Shown piece by piece: positions 54,507-64,000 of a stretch of DNA of 64,000 nucleotides (within the stretch, counting starts at the first letter, position 1; the number at the start of each line of letters is the position of its first letter). The stretch lies in the NCBI RefSeq assembly GCF_963676685.1, contig NC_092349.1, positions 29,140,001 to 29,204,000 of the forward strand, in the 5' to 3' direction. The translations under genes and the position numbers were made by a program. The notes beneath the pieces were generated by a model that worked only from the letters and a program-made list of their open reading frames with translations, did no database searches and had not been told where the DNA came from. Origin of the DNA: Mytilus edulis. Lineage: Eukaryota.

Positions 54507-54889
54507 TAATTGGTTTGATTCTAGTTTTAAACAATACTTGTTGAGGTGTGAGAGATGTGGATGTTTAAAATCAATCAGAACACTTCAAGAACTACCCCAA
54601 TACAATAATTAGGATTGTACTTTTGAGACGGACTGTCAAATGTTCACAAAAAACTTTAAAGTAGCATTGTGAAAAAGGGATGGCTCTGCAACCTATTTCT
54701 CGATTTTACCTCCATCAGGAACGCTCAAATCCAAATATCGTAAATGCAAGAAAGTATTACTACATAATCATGGACATCAATCACATGTCTAACCTTATTG
54801 TTATTTCTACAAGCCATTATGTTCACTAACTTTTTTGTCAGAAAAGTATTCACTAGAACATATTTGACAGTTATCAATCCATGCAATAA

Positions 54890-56010
54890 ACAGTAAAATC
54901 ACAAAAATACTGAACTCCGAGGAAAATTCAATCGGAAAGTCCCTAATCGCATGGCAAAATCAAATGACAATACACATAAAAAACGAATGAACAACAACTG
55001 TCATATTCCTGACTTGGTACAGGTATTTTTAAATGTAGAAAATGGTGGATTGAACCTGGTTTTATAGCGCTAAACCTTTCACTTTTATGACAGTCGCATC
55101 AAATTCCGTTATTTTTACAATGATGGGTGAAAAAACAGATGTAATCTGTAAAATAGTCAAAATATGGTTACAGCAGTCATCACTGTGTAACAATCTCAAA
55201 ACAAACAAACATATACAAAAAACACGAAAAGTGATACATTCAAACATGCAACAGATTCTTATGACCGACACTGGTAGTTCAAACGTTAATACGATAGAAA
55301 TATTTAAAAAAAAATTTAAATTACAATAAATAAAGGCAACAGTAGTATACCGCTGTTCAAAACTGATAAATCCATGGACAAAAAACAAAATCGGGATAAC
55401 AAACTAAAACCGAGGGAAACGCATTAAATATAAGAGGAGAACAACGACATAACACTAAAATGTAACACATATAGACAAAATCCCACGAGAATAACAAATA
55501 TAACATATATATATAACATCAAAACCAAATACATGAATTTGGGATAGACAAGTACCGTGACACGTCTTATCGCAATGTATTTTTTACACTAAAAAATAAG
55601 AGAAAACAAACGACACAACGTTATAATGTAATACACACAGAAACGAACTATAATATAACAATGACCATATTCCTGACTTGGTACAGGGCATTTTTAAAGG
55701 AAAAAATGGTGGGTTGAACCTGGTTTTGTGGCATGCCAAACCTCGCACTTTTATGGCCATGTGAAATATAACATCAAAATGACAACACAGGACTACAATA
55801 TAAATAAATTGGAGAACACAACTGACAAAGAATCACACGAACAACAGCCAACAAAAGGCAACAAGTTCAAAATTTTAATACGCCAGAAGTGTATTTTGTC
55901 CACACAAGACCTATGTGTGACGCACAGATACAAAAGTTTGAAAGCCGAAACGAGTACAAAGTTGAACAGCATCAAGGACCAAAAGATCAAAAAGGTTGTG
56001 CCAAAAACGG
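54890..56010 (-). mobile_element. Composite non-coding repeat related to ~26215-26730 and ~40765-41270, ending in a decayed hammerhead-like segment
   Basis: Shared AAATAAAGGCAACAGTAGTATACCGCTGTTCAAA, CCTGACTTGGTACAGG and GCCAAACCTC.C.CTTT blocks. Confidence 0.65.
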
Positions 56011-56555
56011 CAATTGATTGTTATGAGTGGTCATAAGTATGAAAATTTCATAATCTAACTAGACATAATAATAATTGAAAAGTTGTAATGGTCCACATCT
56101 TTGTAACATAAACGTACACAATTCGAAACCTTTCATTAACCAAGCTTTAAACAAAGCAATATATTGGATTAGGAAATCATGCTTTTCAAATGTTTACAAT
56201 ATACAAAGCAGAGTAATCATTTGGATAGCATCCAACAACATCTTAAAAGAGGTTATGAAATTAATTATAATTGACCATGATACTCTGATTAATGTCATGT
56301 AAAATAATAATCAGTGTAAAAGGAAGCAGAGACCATAATGTTACGGAATGTAAATGACACTTTTTGAATAAAATATAAATTTATGCTAATCTTTTAGCTA
56401 AAATAGAGATATATCGAATAAGTCTATAAACTATAGTAAATTTTAATAAAACTGATGATACGTCAAAACCTGAATTCGGAATACGATATAACTGATTGTG
56501 TTTGCTTTATAAAAAATTCGAATAATACGATTTCTCTCATTAGAGTAAAGCTTAC

Positions 56556-56579
56556 CTCATTCAGCTTCCGATTTGCCAT
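56556..56579 (-). CDS. Candidate first coding exon of the ankyrin gene (MANRKLNE; exon 56556-56586)
   Basis: ttttacag|ATAGAAG ATG GCA ... GAG|gtaagc: strong acceptor and donor, good Kozak context (AAGATGG), phase-0 donor. Confidence 0.6.
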
Positions 56580-59500
56580 CTTCTATCTGTAAAATAAACA
56601 TACACATTCATAACATGTGTTAAATCTTTTTAGAAAACCGTTTTAATGGCAACAACAAAGCCAATTTGTGTTTGTCAATTAAGAGCCCGTAAACAAATAC
56701 AGTTTAATCAAAGTATACAAATAAGTGTGGTTGTTTTATCATATTAAGTTACAATTATGTAAAACATATATTTCTATATATGAAAAGGAAACAATGCAAA
56801 GGGTGTGTTCCCGAAGATAATGAGTGAGTGAACACACTCAGTACATTTGTACTACTCAAGAAAGATCTGGCCTGTCACTCATAACTTATTTATTAAGTTT
56901 GCAGTTCTAATCTTAGTTATACTGTATATAAATTTTATAATAATAACATTGACTATTGAAACTTCATTTGACATCAACTAATAAGAAGTCGTGAATTTCA
57001 TCCTCCACAATGTCATTGTAACGTAATTTACAAAATATGTTGTTTAAAGGTATTCAATTGTGTCTTCCCTTTTCTATATCAAATTCATGATCACCGACTC
57101 TAAATTTGGGTAATTCATTCATTTCATTTACAAAACTTTTTATTAGAAAATAATGTTCAGGATAAATATCATTTTAAACACTCTATAAAATGTATATGCT
57201 CTTAATTTATTTCCTTCCTTTCTAAGAAAAAGAATAATAGAAATTTTCAACTCTCCTGAGGGTTATTTCCACGAGGGTTTTCTGCCCCAAAAAAAGAAAT
57301 CGTTAATGTGTTATAATACCGAAAAAATAGTAACCTCATCGGTTTGAATCACCGTAGTGTACTCTGTGTCGAGGTTATTCACCAGCTCTGTCGCTTGTGA
57401 CAAAAATAACATAATCGATTCACACCACGTGATATCTTATTAGACAATACATTATTCAATTTACATTGACGAATCCACAGTATATGACGTTACTTCTTGA
57501 TCAACACAAAAATGGAACGTGTACCAGCAGTTGTATTGAATAGAAAGTGTGAATAAAATATTCATCAAAAAGTTATATAGCGAAGGAAACTTAATTTTTA
57601 TGGTTTTGGTTGTATAATCATCTGTTATGATCTTTTGAAGTCAAAATAATTTAAAAAATGTCTTTCCATTACATCATTGTCATAAAAAATTGTTTGGACG
57701 AGCATGAAAGTTACGTAGCACGTTCTGTTTTTAATGTCCTGCAGCGTTTGTCATTGATGGAATATGTTCGTTATTGTTTTGTGAATGTTCTTCAATGTGA
57801 TTGTGCTGTATTTATTTCATGTAACTTTGTTATTTTAGCGATAACATTATCATAAAGCGGAATGTTTTAGTATGCCATTAAACAAGGTTCAACCCACCTT
57901 TTTTGTTTGTTACCGAATTTTACCGAATTGTAACATTGACAACCAATAAAACAGTGCACATGTAAAGCGTGACAGAAAAGTGAATTGAAAGAGCCATGAC
58001 ATTTGTTTTTATCTGTTCAATGCGTTCCCATTTGTTAATTAAACTTGTCTATCATTGCTAAAGGATCATATTTAGGCTAATGAACTATTCATTTCATTGT
58101 TGATTTTATCTGAAATTTTGTTCCAATTTTGTGTTCAACGGCAATAAAATTGGGGTGGATTAAGTGTGTGTAATTTTTTAAAGTTTTTTTATTAAAATGT
58201 TTCTTTTATTAATCTCCGGAGTTCACCACAAGAAATATTATTAACTGTAAAATCAAAAGTAGCATGAAATGAAGTTAAAATGAATATGAGTTCCCTGCAT
58301 AATGTTCTAGACACCGTTTTGTTAAGAATCAAGTTATTTCTAAATGAACACTGGATAGAAGTTGTATAACGCTATCTTAACAGAATATTTGCATTAAATT
58401 GAAAAAAAGATTCATTTTGATATGTTTTTAATGAGTTAATTATTTGGAATATATATGATATTGTCCTTCACTTAGTTACAGTCATAAACTAGAAAAAAGT
58501 CATTTTTTAAAGTCTAGAATACCTTCAAATTTTCTGTAAAAAAAAAACGGACCATTTGTCGAAAAACCCGGACGATTTCACAGTTGCTCTAGAAAAAACC
58601 CGGACAATAACAAACACTGATTTTCTTACTAAATACAAGGAAATTGAGCTTCTATGTTGATCAAAACATATACAGTATTCAATATAAGATGGGTAGTAAT
58701 GTTAAAAATTGTTATAATTACGTACTATTCGTTAATTGGACTTATCGCATGTTTTATCACTCGAAAAAAATGGACCAAATCACTCGAAAAAAACACGATA
58801 ATAGCAGGACACTATACCTACCGTGAAACGGATTTATACCATGATTAATGATATACGTGATGATTTCATTTTAATATGTAATTTTCTAGTTTTTCAGTTT
58901 TATAACCTTACATTGATTTTTAAACTAAATGAAATGATAAAAAAAAAGAAAGTAAAATTGCATGCATAAATTTGAAGGCAAGAAGATGTGCGTACAATGC
59001 CCAAAAGAGAGTTTGTGTGGTTTTATTTTCTTTCTCGTACAATTTTTACAAGTATGTACACGTTTAATCAGTAAGTGCCCATCATTTTGGCTAGATACAA
59101 ACAAAAGGTGGAAAATAGCTTTTTGAAATGCCGCTCTGTTATCTCTGAGGTTCAAGTTGAAGAAATGGTTTGAACTTTCTGTAAACAAGACGTTTACTCT
59201 ATACTTTCATATAATTATAATTGGATTGGGAAACTATCCACAAAAGACCAAAATGACACAGACATTAACAACTAAAGGTCACCGTACGGCTTTCAACAAT
59301 GAGCAAAGCCCATACCGAATAGTGAGCTATAAAAGGCCCCGATAAGATAATGTAAAACAATTCAAACGAGAAAACTAACGGCCTTATTTATGTAAAAAAA
59401 AGAACGAAAAACAAATATGTAACACATAAACAAACGACAACCACTGAATTACAGGCTCCTGACTTGGGACAGGCACACAAATACATAATGTGGTGGGGTT

Positions 59501-60721
59501 AAACATGTTAGCGGGATCCCAACCCTCCCCCAAACCTGGGACAGTGGTATAACAGTACAACATAAGAACGAACTATAAAAATTAGTTGAAAAAGGCTTAA
59601 CTCATCAGATGGACAAACATACAAGTGGACGTGGCTTGATCCTAAGTACGGATATATATAACCCTCATCCGATGAGTAGTCATAAAGTATCTACAACTTA
59701 ACGCATAAAAAGGAGGAAAACTATACCAGAGGAACATTTAAATTCATAGGTTGAAAATAAACTTTCTGACTAAAAAAAAAAAGACAGAAAACTTAAGACT
59801 GAGCAATACGCATCTCAAACACTGGTGGTAATCTTAAATGCTTGATGGGAAGTGTTAGGATCGAGAAATGTCTGGTATCTGATAAATGAATGTTCCCTTA
59901 TCAATGACCAAAAACTACTTAAAGTAATGTCGGAGTGAATCATTACACTAACGGTAAAACAGAGATTTTGTGTCTTCGAGAATGAGTTTATTTGAAATCA
60001 TGTGTACCGGTGTTAAAGGGCATACGATACAGTTTCAAGAGCGTCACCTTTTGGTACGACGTTAACGGTTCAAATAATTCCCAAACGTCACTTTCGACGG
60101 AAATTTTATGTATCAAATTTAAATCCTAGGCCATACGCTAACGCCTCTACAACAAGTTTGTTGCTTAAATTATGTTAGTCGTTCTTCTTAAAATACCTCG
60201 GATTTAAGTGTAAATTTTGAAATTGTGTCCGCACTTCCTATCCCAATGTAATTGTCATAATGCCGAAAATGTATATGCAGGTAAATACAAAGACATTTAT
60301 TCAACGTTAAAATTGATTTAGTGCATTAGAACTGAATTTTAACAGTCAATAACCTAAATAATTTAGTCACAGGTCTAAAGTGTCGGGCTTTATAAATATT
60401 ATATTATAGTTTCACTGTATTTTATATTTGTTTTTTAAAAACACATGCCACTATAATATATAGTTTAGCTAGTTTGTTACTTAGGGTAACTAGTACTGGT
60501 CACTTTAGTTGTACTTGGATATAACCAAAGCTGTTAATTCAAGACCATTTCCACATGCAGTTCAAGGGGCCCACCAAAAAATGAAAAATCAATTAAAATT
60601 GAAAACCACCTTTAGGCACATTTTTACATTAGACATCCTATCTTACAAACTTTTGTAAGGTGACTATGGTATACAATTCGAAATTCATAGTTTCCATCTG
60701 ATTTTGGTTAAAAATCCATGA

Positions 60722-60760
60722 ACTTACCTTTTTTCTTCTACTGTTGAACTCTTTAAATAG
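60722..60760 (-). other. Candidate 5'-UTR exon donor site
   Basis: Consensus AAG|GTAAGT with the exon end at 60728; exon start not determined. Confidence 0.3.
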
Positions 60761-62210
60761 TATAGGTTTTGCAATTACTCTTTCACCTAAATACTTAATA
60801 TTTATGTTATAATATTCCCAAGGTGTAAGAAATAGACTATGGAATTACGAGACATATTTTAAAATTCATTATAAAATTGTTTGAAACACACGATATGTTG
60901 CCATGTACAATACAGTTTCTTTCGAAAAACGTGAATTTAAAAAAAATCCTCCTTGTCAAATAAAGGCAATTGTAGTGTTCCGCTGTTCAATAGCGATCAA
61001 TCGATTGACTGAAACAACTCTGAGGGAAACACATCCAATGTAAGAGGAAAACAGCGGAACAACGGAAACATTGTACTGTTACAAAAACAAACGCAAAAAT
61101 ACGTAAAAACGGACTATTTGATAACAGCTGTCATAGGTGCAGGACATAAAAAAAACAATGGCGGGTTGAACCTAGTGTTATTGCTAGACAAACCTCCCGC
61201 TTATATGATAATGTTAAAAATACCACTAACATGACAAAATTACGTGTCAGGAATACAATTAAAATAAAACGTCAAAACACTCCATTGCTGTCCTTTCGTT
61301 TGATGTTTTATCATTTGATTTTGCCCTTTGATTAGAGACTTTTTAAGATTTTTCTCAAAGCTCAGTTTTTTTGTGATTTTACTTAAACACTCAGGATAGA
61401 GACAGACATATATAAATAATATAATAGAACATTAAAACATGTAAACCATAGAATAATAAGGACCAGCTCAAATTGATTTACAAGAACACAGTATAATTAT
61501 CCACTGTGCATCAAACTTATGTATCAACGCCACAGAAATTTCCGTCACAGAAAAATGTCTAAAATAAAATATAAAATCTGATCCTTCCAATGCCTCCAGA
61601 GGTTAAAATGACATTTTTTAAATTGTAGTAGTCTATAGTCATGATAGTTGCCGCGTTATTTTTTGTATTATTAAGGTTCAAACTCTATTCTGTGCCATAC
61701 GAATATTTTACGAACTTGAATACATGGTCCTTGTTTTTCTCTAATTAAGAATTTTGATCGCAAAATATTCAAGAATTGTGTCTTCCGTAAAGTGTCCATC
61801 ATAATAATCCAGATTAAGAAGTGAAAAAAGGGTAGATCTCCTGGGGTATTACCAAATGTTTAACAGTATATTTTTTTTTAAATTTCCAATTAAATCAATG
61901 GACATAAGATGTAAGTAAAAATGCATGTCTACATATTGGTTGTTGTCGCTTTGACACATTCCACATTTCCTTTCTCAATTATATATGTCTACTTTTGACA
62001 AGACCAAACCCATCTCGTCCTGTAAAGTGTGAAATTTCTTCAAATAATTGTCTTTAAACTCACAGTCTTTTCGTATGACATGTTTGATACACTTGTTTTA
62101 TTTGTTTAATACCCAAAAGAAATGTTAAAAAAAGTTAATTATGGTGAAATTCAAATTTGAAAATTTGTTATATTAAAAAATGAAAACATTACGTTTAATA
62201 ATTTATTGGG

Positions 62211-62251
62211 TCTGAAGCGCTTTTCTGGATTTACCTTCATCATGAAGGCTC
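62211..62251 (-). ncRNA. Degenerate hammerhead ribozyme remnant
   Basis: GAGCCTTC ATGATGA AGGTAAATCCA GAAA AGCGC TTC AGA; C3 changed to A; palindromic loop III. Confidence 0.55.
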
Positions 62252-64000
62252 AAAGCCAAACATTTGAAATCCGAAGATGTATAAGTACCGAATGTATAGT
62301 GATATTTGAAATATAATTTAAACTTTATTCTTTACATCAAGAATTTTTCACCGAATGTACATGTACATGGAAAATAAAAAAACTAATGTCCACATTTAGA
62401 ATAAGTTTACTTTTTCTTAATTGCTTGCTTCCAGGAAGCACTGAATTCGCCGACATATTTTCCGTATGCAAAGAGAAATTAGCGTGACCCTTCTCGTAAA
62501 AAACCGGTGATCGAAATACGCATCGATCTGTAATTGAAATAAACTATTATCTGATTGCACATGTTATACACGTGCTCAATATCCATTCTTCTGTGTTGAT
62601 TGTTTACTATAAGGTGACCATCCGTAAACTACGGCTTCAAAACACGACATTTAGGTAGCAACCATATTTTCACATCATAACAAACAGAGAGAAAAAAAAC
62701 AATTGAGGAAAATAAGATATCTTTGCGTAAAAAAAATAAAACCATGCACAGAGGGCTAAGTTTATGATATATATATATGCATTGGTTTAAGAATTGGATA
62801 AACATTTTTTTTCACCAGGTCACTCGTTTCATATGACTTTAATGCAGGTGATTTTAGGATATTTTTGAGAGAGAATATTATTGAAATACCTTAATTTACT
62901 TACAAATTCATGAAAATGTGATTTGGTCAATAATAAGTAAAATCAAAGAAATTAAAAATGCGTGCATTTATTTTGATAAGTATCTGCGGATTGACACGAA
63001 CGCGTAACTTTGCTGCATTGAAGAACGCGTCATTGCCAAAAATTTTCGAGTAAAATGTCCTTTCCAGAATCTTTAAACATATGTGGGTTTGATATCAAAA
63101 GGAAATGTTCCAATTCCCGATAAAACTGCATACCAAATAATATTTACTTCTCATATTAAGTGGTTACTCTTACAGTGAGATTATCACAAACTTTATCATG
63201 TATATAATCAATGAAATGTTTCAAATACAGTAGATAATGAACTAAGGGTCAGGGTCAAACAATCTCCATTGAAATATTCACAAATTACACTAGTCGAAAA
63301 CTTTAACAAAATGTTGACGCCAACGCGGATGCAACCATCGCCAGAAACATAATACTTATCTTTCGCTTTTTGATTTCGTCAACGCAATTACAAAAACTAT
63401 GGGATGTTTTATTGTTATAAAAACTAAGTTCAACATTACCAGAAAGATTTGGAATCTTAGTTCCTTCGAAATTTCTGAATTCATAATATGATCTAACCCA
63501 GACAGAAACTATACCTCAATGTGTAATGATGATTTCCTAACCCATCCTGAAAACTTTGATGTTTAATTTGCTATGCGTTGTTTAATTCCATTGTCATTGT
63601 AAATTAATATATATTAACTGGGAAAAGTTTAGACGTTTAGAAAAAAAAACTTCCTGATATCAACCTTGTAGAGGGCAAGGAAACGGGTGATCATTTTGAA
63701 TTCATGATATCTAATTCCATTATTTTTCTATCCAAAGAAATGTTTTACCTTTATTATCAATACTTTATTTTCAGCACCTTATTGTTCACTATTTGTTGGT
63801 CTATTTTTATATCTATATTTTTTTACTATTCTTTTCTATGTAACCCCGATAAAGACCCTCACAAAAGTGTGTTAAGTGGTCAATTCCTGTACTATACAAT
63901 GCGTGGTTAAATGAAACATTTTATGGATTTGAAATTAATTTTTTAGTTGTCTAATAAGTGTTTAATAATAACTTAGAATGTTATAAATATTAAAACAAAT

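Noticed and set aside
59590-59615. CTGATGAG as a hammerhead core (also CTGATGA at ~4632 and ~5279)
   Set aside because: No stem II followed by GAAA

Overview
AT-rich eukaryotic (animal) genomic DNA. The repeat content suggests a bivalve mollusc, probably a Mytilus-type mussel (inference). Most ORFs in the supplied track are spurious. The main gene is a minus-strand ankyrin-repeat gene with one repeat per phase-0 exon: five intact exons of 102-105 bp, one disrupted exon, and a candidate start exon MANRKLNE at 56556-56586. It grew through nested duplications of a ~0.9-kb exon+intron module and a ~13-15-kb block. Its introns hold two multimeric RNA-like inserts. One is a ~3-unit array of ~350-bp monomers carrying type I hammerhead ribozymes (retrozyme-like; one core intact). 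The other is a very young ~5.8-unit array of 441-bp monomers, each with a tRNA-like Pol III head, lying between two (TA)n tracts. The window also contains decayed Penelope-like RT elements, many hammerhead remnants (all on the gene's sense strand), a decayed BEL/Pao LTR element with 5' LTR and PBS, and several MITE/foldback elements. All coordinates and alignments were read by eye.
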